Shown here: positions 37,303-49,713 of the stretch, in pieces
Position numbering within the stretch: the stretch's first letter is position 1
Layout: each line of letters begins with the position of its first letter
Notes under the pieces: generated by a model
What the model was told of the DNA's origin: nothing
What the model saw: the letters and a program-made list of their open reading frames with translations, nothing else
The model's database searches: none
Assembly: GCA_040437565.1 (NCBI GenBank)
Contig: JBDOQK010000061.1
Location: 62,001 to 126,000, forward strand
Direction: 5' to 3'
Source of the DNA: Albugo candida
Taxonomy: Eukaryota
DNA length: 64,000 nt
Program-made: the position numbers and the translations under genes

Positions 37303-38198
37303 TGTAATTACAGACATTGAGCCCTTTGTATTTTGACTTGACATTATATTTGATGTAAAACGCTTCGAGTAATAGCCTGTGAAATAAGTGTACAATGATT
37401 GCGCTGCATATGAACTGAATACTTAACACCCACAGAAGTACCTATGGGATGACATCCAACACATTATGCGACTTTTCAAAGGGGTGCTGAACAAAGACTT
37501 TCATCTTCCATTCGTATCATTTCGAATTTATTGTGATTATGTGCGTGATTTCATGCCGGGCGAAAATATCCGAGCAGACGGTCAATGAGAATTCAAAGCT
37601 GGAAGACGCGATTTTAGTTACAGAGACATTCTCTCAACAAATAGGTCGTGGCCGCCAGCAAAGATGCTTGGTATATAAATACTTTACAATAACGAAATTA
37701 TCACAGCGCGCGCAATCTTCTCGTGTCTGTAGGATGCTAGCTGAATGCCTGGTACGCATCGTTGTATTCGATATAAGTCAGCTATTTCAAAGACATTTCA
37801 CAATCTTGACAACTGATATAGTAATTGGTGCACTTAGCACTTGCCACCAGATAAGAGCTTGCACTTTCAACAACAGTTTATAGAATGAGATTCAACTTGA
37901 CAGCTTCAGTATTAACAATAGAGCTCAAATCGCAAATTTAATCGAGCAGGTTCTAGCCGAATGTCCACAATATCGAATTGAGGAAGTGTAATCATTATAT
38001 GAGGGTTTAAAAACCTGAATCGGTCGTCATCATAGATTTTCTATTGCTCGGTAAAACAGAGACCAAGTAAGAAACATGGGCAAACAATCATAAAGGGCAG
38101 GTGAGTAAAGGCTACTTATTATGTGCGAACATAATCTTACGTCCCCTTAAGTTCGACAAGACATTCGATCTTGAAAAGACACGGACATAATAAAATCG

Positions 38199-39692
38199 AT
38201 GAAAATGCAGTCAACTGCGGACACATTTGCAGCGGATACGAGTGAGTGGGTGTTCGATTTTGTAATCAACTTATTCCATTCGCCCGAATGGGAAGTACCC
38301 TTAATGTGTTTTATCGACGAAAATTGCGCGGTATTTGATACCTCGGAAGAAAACAAATTAGTCTACACGGAGCTTTTCCAGCAATATCGAGAGATTCGTA
38401 AGACAAGAAAGTCCATATTAATATCTCTTACTGAGTTTCACGTTTAGTGGAAAATATTTTATGTACCAGTTTGGCTGAAATTGGAATATCAGTATCGGAT
38501 TTCGCTGATGTCTGCGAACGGTGTTCGAGGCGCAATGAATTGAGTCATGCCGTCGTGAATCAGATTTTATCGATGGATGATTTTCTAATTTTCAAGAAAC
38601 TCATGGTCAAGCGGAATCTGGAGCTAGAGCTAGAAGCTATCCAGGCATTCCGAGAAGATCAAATTGGAGAAGAGGAGATGGAGGAACTTGTAACACAATT
38701 GATGGAATTGAGCATTTTATATAAAGAGGAAGAAGTCGAGCAAGCTGATCTTGACGCTGCAATCGCCATCTCAACCGCCTTACATAAAGAGCATGTTCGC
38801 CTTATCAATATATACGACAAAAGCGCAGAAGATGCTTCATTGGACGAGAGAAATGCACAAAGAAACTCACTTGAGCGTCTGGAAGACGAAAAGCATAACG
38901 CCATCTCAACCGCCTTACACAAAGAGCATGTTCGCCTTATCAATATATACGACAAAAGCGCAGNNNNNNNNNNNNNNNNNNNNNNNNNNNNNNNNNNNNN
39001 NNNNNNNNNNNNNNNNNNNNNNNNNNNNNNNNNNNNNNNNNNNNNNNNNNNNNNNNNNNNNNNCAGAAAAACAAGCAAGTTTTACAAGAAACAGCAATCA
39101 CTTACAAAGAATTACATAAAAAGGCAAGGGCGCGCTGCTTGCAACGAAATATAATCATTCTGCATTGTTTTCTTTAGGCTGAGATATCAGAAGATGATAT
39201 TAAACGCCGTGAGGCGTACCTTGGTAAACAACGCGACCAAATTGTGGAGAAGAAGCGGAAACAGCGTGAGAAATCACTGAATGAATATCAGCAGCAACAT
39301 AAAAGCACTCTGAATGAAATGGTTCGTAAGCCCTTCGATGGTTGCATCCAATGGTCTTTGACGCGACATAACAGCCTGTAGAGATTGCCGACAACATAAA
39401 GGCTTCAGCGAAAGAGCCTGCTGACCCAAAATCTGCTCAGAATGAGGAGAAACGGAGTGCCTTGCGGGTGGCGTTGGCTCGTCGTATGAAACAAGATCTT
39501 TTGGAATCGGCTGGTCAAGATAGTTGCTCTATGCAAGTGTATCAGGTCAGACATTCTCCTGTCGAAGTTGCTTTTTGACACAAGTTTCTGGAACAGCTGA
39601 GTGAATTGGATGAGAAAATGGATCGCGTCGAAAAGCTTCGAAGCAAAGCCCAGGAAAAAGAAAAACACGTTCGTGCAGGATTGAAAAAGTAA
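38199..39692 (+). CDS. CFAP36: CFAP36/CCDC104 (BART domain plus coiled coil)
   Basis: SPEWEVPLMCFIDENCAVFDTSEENKLVYTELFQQY and DDFLIFKKLMVKRNLELELEA, then coiled-coil exons (RREAYLVKQRDQI). Confidence 0.8.
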
Positions 39693-39900
39693 TGACGTTA
39701 ATCTTTGTTGGCTTTGTACATTCACATTTGGCACGACACAGAGATCTGCTTTTTCATCAGGCAGTCTTTGCGGTCGTGATGAGAGTCGAGTCGGGTCGAG
39801 CTGGCTGATACATTCACAGCCGAATCCAATTTTTGCGTTCTTGAGATTTAATCATCGACTTGAGCCGTAACACCACAGTGGACGGAAAAAAAGATGATGT

Positions 39901-42435
39901 CTATGCCAAATAGTTGTACATTTGTGCGTTTTCAGAATCTCTTTCCAAATATTCACGATCAATGAGACTCTCAATTCGGCGTTTGATATCGGCGGGTTTG
40001 GCTGGAAATTTGATTTGAGCAAATATTTCTGTCATCAATAACGCATGGGACAACTTTTTCCGTGATTTCATAATTCGTACAATTGCTGCATCGACTTGAT
40101 ACTGACGATCCCGAAACACCCTTTCGTGAGTTTTCTCATTCTCTTGTTTTGTTTCTTTCATTTGAATCGCATTGATTTTAATCCGAAACAATTGATTAGT
40201 GAATGAATCATTGAAATGGAAAACATCGTCCGTATGCACATCTTTCCCTTTGGGTTCTTTCAAAATGACTCGGACTTTACCACAAGCCAGAGATTGTAAT
40301 GTGCGCTGTAATTCACCATCTTCGATATTGGTCTGTTCTTTGATCTCACGAAATCCAAGAGTGCGATTCGAATTGAAACAAAGTAACACCGATGCTTGGA
40401 ATAATGAGACTGCCAATTCCTTACGTCCCTTTTTGAATTTGGCTTTCATCAAACAGTGTCCAAGTGAATGTTGCCATTGTAATTGTCTTCCTTGGTATTT
40501 CGATGCGTAAAATTTTTCAAAGATTTCTTTCAAAGGTACAAGTACACTTGGCAAGTTGATCTCTACGGGAGCGTAAGGCGGCCAGAATCCTGTTGTTAGA
40601 ACTTGCACGTGCACATCCACACGATCTTTCAGTTTATCGAGAGTATTTCTACGTCAAAGTGACAGAGTTGGCAAGGTTGACTTCCGATGATAATAGCAGT
40701 CCTACCGGCTTGCTGCGTGGTTTTGAAATTGCAACGCCACATTTTGAGATAAATCAATGTCTTTGAACATTCCTTCGAGCTAAATTCGCATGAGATTACA
40801 ATACTTCCAAAGGGCAAAAGGCAGGCAAATACCTTGTTCGTAAATGAGCTACCGCATTCGGTCCTTAACTTAGAAAGCATGAGTTTCTCGAGATCGAAAG
40901 AAGCACTTTTTCCTAATAGTAAACGTTTGGCCAAATCTTTTTTGTAAAAAGCTTCAAAAACATCTTTGCTCTGTGAATTGAGGCCTTAGTAGACAAATGA
41001 CCGGAAATGTATACTCACAAACCTGAATGTATCGAAACAGCACAATGACCTCATCCAACAGCGCTTCGATTTGTGTTTCGGACCCTCCCTTATTACCCGT
41101 CCGCAATTTCGCATCCACATATTTCGCAATAAGCTCCGCTGGACGACTCGATTGTATATTGATGGCACTTTCCATTGAATTCTTCAGCACAAATGTAAAC
41201 TCCTGCTGACCTGAGAACGCATTTTTCAAAACTGTATCGGCATCTTCTTTTGTCTGTAAAAGTTTCTCCACCAAGCACGCACTATCGATGGCTGTAACAA
41301 GACCCGCCACATGCTTTCGTATGCATTCTCCAAAAGCCACTTTCATGAGCTGAATAGCGTCAATTCGACTAAAGAGCATAAAAGCTCGCCTCAGATCCTC
41401 AACTCGCTTCTCTTTCACGAGATTTTCAAAGCCCTTTTCAAGCAGAGTTTCCACATGAGGTTTTAGCAATTTGACTTCGACAACATGTATCAATGATTTT
41501 CTAGTAGATGCCGCATCCAAGTACTGGATAACACGATCTTGTTCTTCCTCTAATCTCTTCTCCACATGAACGAGAAATTGCGATACACTCAATTGCTCAA
41601 TCAGCTGATTCCCTTCCGCGGTGTAATACTGCTCGGACGCTGTAATGAAAGGAATCTCGAATTTGGTATGATACAACTGTAATGACAATAGCATTTTGAT
41701 CAAAGTCCGGAGAAATTGATTATGATTCGACTCTCTGTTTCGCTCTCTCTCAATGAGAATCAGTAAACAAGCAATTAAATGCTGTTCGACTTGTGGACAC
41801 TTTTGAATCTCATTTCGTAGTAAGAAAAGTCCCATTTCCCAAATCGATAAAATATGAGGAGTTTGCATCACATACGTTCGATCCAAATAGAGAAATATCA
41901 TACGAATTGCCAGCATGTTGTTACAGTGATCTTCCCATAATACAGCGACATATTCCAAGAAAGAAGATGCATCTTGTAGTAAAGAAGAGTTATTGGCAAT
42001 GTATGCGGAGATAGAGCTTGTTGGAAGGGCACATTTGATATATCGACTGAGATTTCGCACAGATTCGGCGATAAAACATCCGCAGCAAGACTCAAGTTTT
42101 GTATACAAATTAGCAGCTAATTTCCAAGTACACACATCTTCCACGAGACGATAGAGCTCCTCACGACTGAAAGAGATTGGTTGCTTGTTCTGAACGGCAA
42201 CGATTGCAGCGTGTAATTTTTGCCAGCTTTCTTCTTCGAAATATTGTGGAATACTTGGAACTTTTTTCAAGGGACGAATAGTGAGTTTCTTTTTTGAATT
42301 TCCCATTGACTTCAAGTTGGACGTATACTTCACATTGGAGCGCTTTGTCAGTGTTCCACTGGGCATCGGAGGTGGCGGAATGGCTGCAGAGTTGGAAGAA
42401 GGAAACGACAAATTATCTTCTGGTCGCGTATTCAT
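39901..42435 (-). CDS. CUL4: Cullin-4
   Basis: KKKLTIR...[67 protein letters not shown] and [13 protein letters not shown]...YNYLA. Three short introns. Confidence 0.93.
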
Positions 42436-42793
42436 TCAGAATTGATGGACAAAGATCCTATAGTGGTGTACCATTTAGGTAGGTGTGCATCAGTGTAGGG
42501 CAGCTCGCGTATAGTGTGGCAGCATGGAGTGAAGAATAATATGGACTTATCAAGTAGGCAACTAACATCTTATTAGTTTTCAATTTGCATTTCATATGCT
42601 GCAAAAATGAGCAAGATATGGTAGACATACATCTCCAAAGCAAACTTGTCATTTTACGTGCTCAAAAAGCCAGCACAGTACACATACATATCGAAATGTT
42701 CTCGTACTTGACTGCGTTACACCCTTGGGTATTTATCAATTACATGACGAGATCACTTCTACAAGGTTATTAGATTGTATACGAACGGAAAGT

Positions 42794-44201
42794 ATGACGA
42801 GTTTACTCGAGGTATCGAATCCTGTCTTCATCACGCCAATTCTAGCTAACCGGACCTTATTCTATGCCAAGGCGCTTCAGTATTCCTGCAGCTTGGACCC
42901 AAATGCAAAACGAAGTCTCTTCTTACAAGAAAAAGTTCATTTACTGCGCCAAATGGACGATTTGCAACGGGACATTGATCACAAAATTCGGCAATACGCA
43001 TCCAATTTCAGTGACATATCGACCGAAAGCACCCAAGTACGCATGTTTCATCACATAGTCTCGTCTTTGTACTGAGCGAATTCCAAGGTATTAATCAGAC
43101 GCGTCATTCGTCTGCGAGTCTCGCATTTTTTTCCACACAACGACCAAATCGCCGAAGAAATCGACGCACAAAACGAGCAATGGCGTCTTGAGATCCAATT
43201 AGAGGACTCAAAGCATTTGGCCACTTACTTTCGGAAGATAATTGTAAAGTGTGATGCGTCAGACACAAACATTTTTGCTGTTGAGGTACGAGCCGCAGAA
43301 ATGAATGAGAACGGCTCATTAACGCATGTATGATTGCAAATAGTGGACCAATTATCAAAAGTCGAGTCAGGAGATGGAGAAGTTAGAAATCACGCGTTCG
43401 GGACTCATACCGAATGCAATAGTTATTCAACTCGTTCCGACACATATTTCGGAACGATATGCTCTATCGCGTGAACTGAAGGAAATTATTGGGGAGCACC
43501 TTCAAAGAAACTCAGAAAATGATACAAATGTCGATGCATTCACGAAAAAAGAGATCCTCGTCGCATTTTGGGAATATGTATTCCATCGAAATCTGATGAA
43601 AGAAGAGGATCCCTCTATTTTGGAATGTGATGAAAAGCTTAAAGTGATCTTCAATGCATGCAAAAGTGTTCCATATGCGTCGATCACAATCGCGTTGGAA
43701 CGGCATTTATTCCTACAGGAATCAATTGATATCGTTTATAAAGTCAAACACTCGTCGAGTCAAAGCTTTGAATTGAAAGTATTTGTTCCAAACGAAATCT
43801 GTAAAAGAAAAAGAGAAATCCGTTCAGAATGGGAACAATTACGTCAGAAGCAAGAAATTCGTCTCATGCAACTAGAAAAGCATCGCTTTAATACCGAGAA
43901 ACAACTTTTGGAGGTGCTTCAGAGACAGCAGTGGATGCGTCATTTTGCATTGAATCCGGTCGAATTCATGCGGAAAGTGGAGCATTCTCAAAAAGCTGAC
44001 AAAGAGGTAATTCGTCGTATCAGTTCAACTGTGTATCAGCTTGATTCATATTGGCAATAGGTTTTGATCAATGGAAGACAATCGTCCAACACCGCATCTC
44101 AGGACGCACAATTTCATCAGCCCTGGGTCGCCGATATAATCTCCGATATTCAAGCTATTCCAGAGGCTTCCTTGCTTAATGGATCGAAAGGATCAATCTA
44201 A
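42794..44201 (+). CDS. SWIB/MDM2-domain SWI/SNF subunit (BAF60/SMARCD-like)
   Basis: LSRELKEII...FTKKEILVAFWEYV...NL...ILECDEKLKVIF (SWIB), FALNPVEFM, and a C-terminal FHQPWV motif. Confidence 0.75.
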
Positions 44202-44414
44202 AAATTCGCGTTAATCCCTCTTGAACACTCGATAATGAGTACGGCAGAATACAACAAATTGATGGAATAAGTTTGTATTCACGTCCTTTTGATTCTGGTA
44301 AGCTCACTTCAGATCAATTCGCTATTTAGACACCGCGACGTATTTCGTATTCTGATAAAAAATGCATGTGACTCGACGAATCACATAATCGAATTCAAAC
44401 GAATGGATGCGCGG

Positions 44415-45511
44415 TCATTGATAATCGAGATTTATTTGTGCTTTTCCCCTTCCGGAATCCATGAATGCTTCCCGTTTCCGCAGCGTTTCCTGATAAATTC
44501 TATCCAAATCATCAACACTCAACTCTGACCTCGATACTGTGAGCTTTTTAACAGATCGCCATCGATAGAATTTGTACACAAGCGCAAGTATCGTGATTCC
44601 GATCACAGTTCGTACAGTCTTCACACGACGAAGACGTTTCCCTTCTTCTTCCGCTGAGGCAAAAATGAATCAGTTTGCGAGCCTCACTCTTGTTTCCGAA
44701 TTCTCGTACCGTATTGAGGATGATCGAGCGGTAAATCGGTCCTCGGAGCCAGCAACTTGAGCATTCCAGAAGACATAAATCCGATACGCTCGATAAAATG
44801 CACAAAGCTCCCTACGAGACACACGTCAGCAGTTGATGTGTATACAAATACTGAGTTTCCAGAGACCGATGCAAAATTGTAAGGCCTCCGCATTCATTCC
44901 GAGCAGCTACATAGTCGTTAGTATCGTTCCAGCGATATATCGCGATAAAAACTCACCTCAGTGACCTGCCCGATGGCCGACACCGTATGATTGAACGTGG
45001 TGAGCCATTTAAACGGAAAGCCGGGCTCTGGTCCTGATCTTCCAAAACCTGCACCATAGCCACCATTTCCGCTAAACATGGAGCCGTAACGGGGGTACAT
45101 GCTGTGAAACCCCGGATTACCGGCTCCATATGTCGAGTAACCACTTCCGTATCCGCCGTACGTCGGATTGTAGGATCCCATACCGCTGTACCCATAAGGA
45201 CCAACATTCGCATTGCAAGTGCTACTTTCGTATATATTGGGTTGAGTGATTGTGGAGGGGAAAGTTGCACCGTATTGGCTGAATATCGGTGGGGGAGGAT
45301 TTGTAGTGTTTAGTCGTTCGGAAGCGTTTGTGGATGAATTGAGGTACGATAATGATGTGGTGGGTACATTGCGCGCTATTTTGGGAACGTGATGAGGTAC
45401 GGATATGAAGAGTGGTGATTGTTAGGGTATTTTACCATTGTTTTCATGATCATTTTGTGCTCGTTCCCAAGGTTTGCGTGGAATTCTGCTTTGAGGAGAT
45501 GACGATTGCAT
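44415..45511 (-). CDS. PEX13: Peroxin-13 (SH3-less type), 5 exons
   Basis: Spliced N-terminus MQSSSPQSRIPRKPWER (KPWE signature), a YG-rich region, amphipathic LLGMNAEALQFCIGSFVHFIERIG and a C-terminal TM. Confidence 0.8.
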
Positions 45512-48384
45512 TTTCGTATTGCCATGTGCTGTAAACTATTGAAGAAAACGGTAATTGAACCTGTCAAATAGTGAGGCGATGGGCTCCTATATGGAGGGAT
45601 ATCTAGATATGAGGGTGACAGGCGAACTCTGGCAAAAGGATTTTGAAGAGCACTGACCAAATTGGGTCTCCTTTTGCGTTCTAGGCAAGTACTCGAGTGA
45701 AGGTGCCAGTAACACGGATATTGTTACCATAGACTTCACTTTCGTTTTGATCGTGTACGGCATAATTTTGCCCATGTGCAAAGATCAATGCTCGGTCAAG
45801 AGCTCTTCACGCTTGAAATCTATCTCTCTTATTGGCGCAATCCTCTTGTTCGTTCTCAATATGAATACGTCGTCTTAGTTATCATGTTTGCTAGCTCAAT
45901 AAGCTAACAAACACGATCGATGTATCAAATCAGCACATCATCTAGGTTGCAATAGTTCTAAGGAAACAGAGACTGTGTGCAAATGGTAAATAAGCTAGTT
46001 TTACGTCTGAAATGATACACAAATAAAGGAACAACAGAGAGATCGAAAGATTCGTAATGTGAATGCATCAAATAGTTCATTTAAGAAACTGCAAAATCCA
46101 AATGTAACGATAGTGATTGCGAGGCAACACTCAGTTGTGTCGTATACATAACTCCCGATTCCAGTCAAATAATGATACTGAGTTGACTAAGATATTACGT
46201 GGCACAAATCGTGGTGGACTTATCAGTATACTCCATATAATCCAAGAGTGAAATCGGTGTACTTCAAAGCTAGACTGCAACTTTAATAAAGAGCCGTATA
46301 CTCGGTAAAAAAACTCATATCAGATGGATCCTTCGCATGGTGGAAATCACCTCATTGCTAAGTAGTCAACCAAGATGTTCGATATTTTTTGTGTCTAGAT
46401 TTATAAATGTTCCTCATGAAGACGTCCACTAAGATGTTACCATGCTTGCAAACTACCGGTAATATCGTTTTGAAGTCAGCACATCGAGAAGATCTCTGGC
46501 TGACAATATTGACGCTCTACCACATGCCTCCCGATTTGATAATGGTGTGCCAAAGCTATGTACATATCGAATTTTTTACCGTATGCCCGTGTGCTGTACG
46601 CCAGACCCTTTGCACGGTATACCCAACGATGTCAAGTATATCGTATCAATACGGATCCGATGCGTGTGAAGATGACTCACTCAGCTCACATTCAAAGCGA
46701 CAATGTCCTGATTTTCACATTGATTGAGGGGATGAAGTACAGTATCATAATACTGATGAACAGGATATGGCACTGATTACGCAATTTGACGAAAATGGCG
46801 TCGAACAGATGGATGCTGAATCGATTTTACGTACCGCTTGAAGAAGGTAACGACGCTGCGATGCTTCCGGGACTGGCAATCCAATGCTCCTAGTGATTCT
46901 TCAAAACGAAAAAGAGACGAGGAAGGTGGTGGCAGCCAAGCGGGTGATCAGATTCGCACACGATGAACATGCAGAAGGGAAACGCAATGAATCAAGAAAG
47001 ACTCAAGACTTTTAATATACAGAAATGTATTTGCCACTTGTTCAGGAAGATTTTGTGATGTTACACGGCATTGTTATCATGGATTTCTGATGGAAGAGAT
47101 CAGCATCCAACAAGCTACGCGGACTAGAAAGGAAAGCACACTGAGATCAGCAGCCTGAAGTGGATTTTTGCACGGATACAACCAATCAGCTGCAAAAACA
47201 ATAGATAAGCAAGCATCCAATTTCCAAGATACGCGAATGCGTGTGGCTCCCTCCGTGCTGCTGCTGGTCTCAAAACTCTCTCGTCCTTCACGCATGTCTC
47301 ATTTTTGAATAAAAGTGTATATCGCTAACTGTCAAGTTGTTTTCTATAGCATCAATACTATTTATCTATGAATCTGCATTCTTGACATATGATAGACCTC
47401 TACTAAAAGTTCCATATCACCGGCATATTCTGTTGTCAAGGCAGCGCCTCGATCAGCCGACACATACCGGTAGGTACCCGGTTAAAGCAGTCATGAAGTG
47501 ATGACTGCTTGAAATTGTCAGCTTCAAGAGCGGTCCAAGATGGGCATCGACGTGGCAGTCGCTGATTGGAGATGGTAACTCAGGATTAAGTAGAGAGTCC
47601 AATAGCAGAAGGCTTAGAGTAGCAACAGAGTTGGCGAACTTAGGACCTTAATAAGTTTGTTTCTTACCATCAAGTGCTCAANNNNNNNNNNNNNNNNNNN
47701 NNNNNNNNNNNNNNNNNNNNNNNNNNNNNNNNNNNNNNNNNNNNNNNNNNNNNNNNNNNNNNNNNNNNNNNNNNNNNNNNNCCTCGATCAGCCGACACAT
47801 ACCGGTAGGTACCGGTTAAAGCAGTCATGAAGTGATGACTGCTTGAAATTGCCAGCTCCAAGAGCGGTCAAAGATGGGCATCGACGTGGCAGTCGCTGAT
47901 TGGAGATGGTAACTCAGGATTAAGTAGGGAGTCCAATAGCAGAAGGCTTAGAGTAGCAACAGAGTTGACGAACTTAGGACCTTGATAAGTTTGTTTCTTA
48001 CCATCAAGTGCTCAAGCGACCTTTTTCTTTATATTCGACCTGCCGCTACTTTTGGATCTCACTGTACACGCTGCCACCAGATTTAAATCTAAAAATAGTT
48101 CTTCCGCATTATGAGTTGCACTCATCAATGAGTACATCTCATTTTGCGTACCCTTTGCATCAATTTAATCACTGCAAAAGACACCCACAATGAGATATAC
48201 TCGTCGATTTCAACTCATCTGCCGATTTCGCTTCCAATCGCTCGGAAAGCGCCACTTTTTTTAAACCGACAATGTCTTCAATCAGCATCGAGAATTATGC
48301 GAAGAGACTTGCAAGATGAGGTCGATAAGTGTCGATATTCTTTCTTTTCTTTGACTAAAGCGAAGCACTAACTATTTTACGAAA

Positions 48385-49710
48385 ATGCAGCGACAAAGAG
48401 TAACTACGACGGCCAACGTGTCCCCAAGAAACAGACCAATGCAAAATGCGACAACGTCAACTCTGAAGCGTGTCGGCGGAGAGTATGTGGTGCGACCACC
48501 ACCGAAACGTCAGCGCCACAACACCGACAGAGCTCAAATCAACCACGTCCGATTCAACAGCGCGTCATTCCAGCCACAACGGCAACAGCCCGACCCAATG
48601 AGACAAGAAAACGACGACAAGAAACGTGAGTCACGTCGCGAATCCCAGCAGAACACGGATGGTAACACCCACAAACGAACCAACAGGCTCAAATGTGCGA
48701 GCATCACCGGTGGTGACTCGTACGAACGGCTCAATTATGCGTGCGGGCGCAGCAGCGGCTTCGGGAGCGCGAGCAAAAGTTCCTCCTGAATCGACAGCGA
48801 ATCGGAATGCCGTCGCGCGTGCACCAACATCAGCAAACCGGTCACGTCAGCCAGCTCGACCCGCTCAAGAATGAAAACGAGCAGCTGTCGCGCTCATTGA
48901 ATGAAGAAGCAGCCCTGCTGGAAGATGCAAAGATCGAGATCATCGGACTCAACATGAAAGTTGTGGATCTCGAAGCCTGGCTGCAGAACATTCGTAAACA
49001 GCTCGGCGGAAAAGGCAACGGAAATGCAACATGCGTACGAAAAGTGCGCCACTGGAGCGCTGAAATCGAAACTCACAGTTGGGAATTTCTAGAAACTCCG
49101 GTAACAAAAACATCCCAGCTACAAGATACCAGGAAAACGATACTTTTTTTCGAATGTACCGTTTAAAGCTGGGAAAAGCGACCTAACAGCGTCAAGGATA
49201 CGGTGCAGTGTCCATCGGCGACAGCAGAAACGGAAAGAGATGGCAAAACGGCGGATTTCGCGACTTTAGAAACCGACAACATCGAAGTGGATGAAGGCGA
49301 AAAAGTGGATCAAGATCTATTGCAAGCGCTGACAAGGGAATTGAAGCATTGGACCGAGGGACAAGGTCTAGTCGGCGATCCTAACGGGGAAGGTGAAGAC
49401 TCGCACAACGGTTCTGGAAAAATGCTTTCGGATAAGACCAGGTGAAAGCTATGCGATTGTTTTGAGAAGAATTCCGAACTGTGAAAGGAATTGTATGCAA
49501 TTAAGAGTGGAAGATGATTCGCACCAAGCACATGCATCTAATGGCCTCATTACGCCATTGTAGATGATGTAGACAACGCGTCAATTGGAACCCGATCACT
49601 GTCATGGATGACCTCGTTACGTCATCTATGGGTGAGTTTTGGAAGGATGTCGGATGACCTCATGACGTTATTGGATGTGGATGTGCTGGAACGATTTTCG
49701 ATGACCTCAT
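48385..49710 (+). pseudogene. Frameshifted gene for a low-complexity plus coiled-coil protein
   Basis: Overlapping ORFs 48385-48789, 48626-48874, 48741-49166 and 49203-49445. Heptads LKNENEQLSRSL...LNMKVVDLEAWL. Paralog at 22740-23529 (-). Confidence 0.5.
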
Positions 49711-49713
49711 TAC

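Noticed and set aside
37533-37883. 116-aa ORF between the DCAF4-like gene and CFAP36
   Set aside because: It has no recognisable motif, signal or splice support.
48717-49010. bZIP transcription factor (RAQQRLRERE plus heptads) next to TGACGT sites
   Set aside because: The basic-looking stretch follows a stop and is probably an off-frame reading of a frameshifted low-complexity region. Spacing to the heptads does not fit a bZIP.
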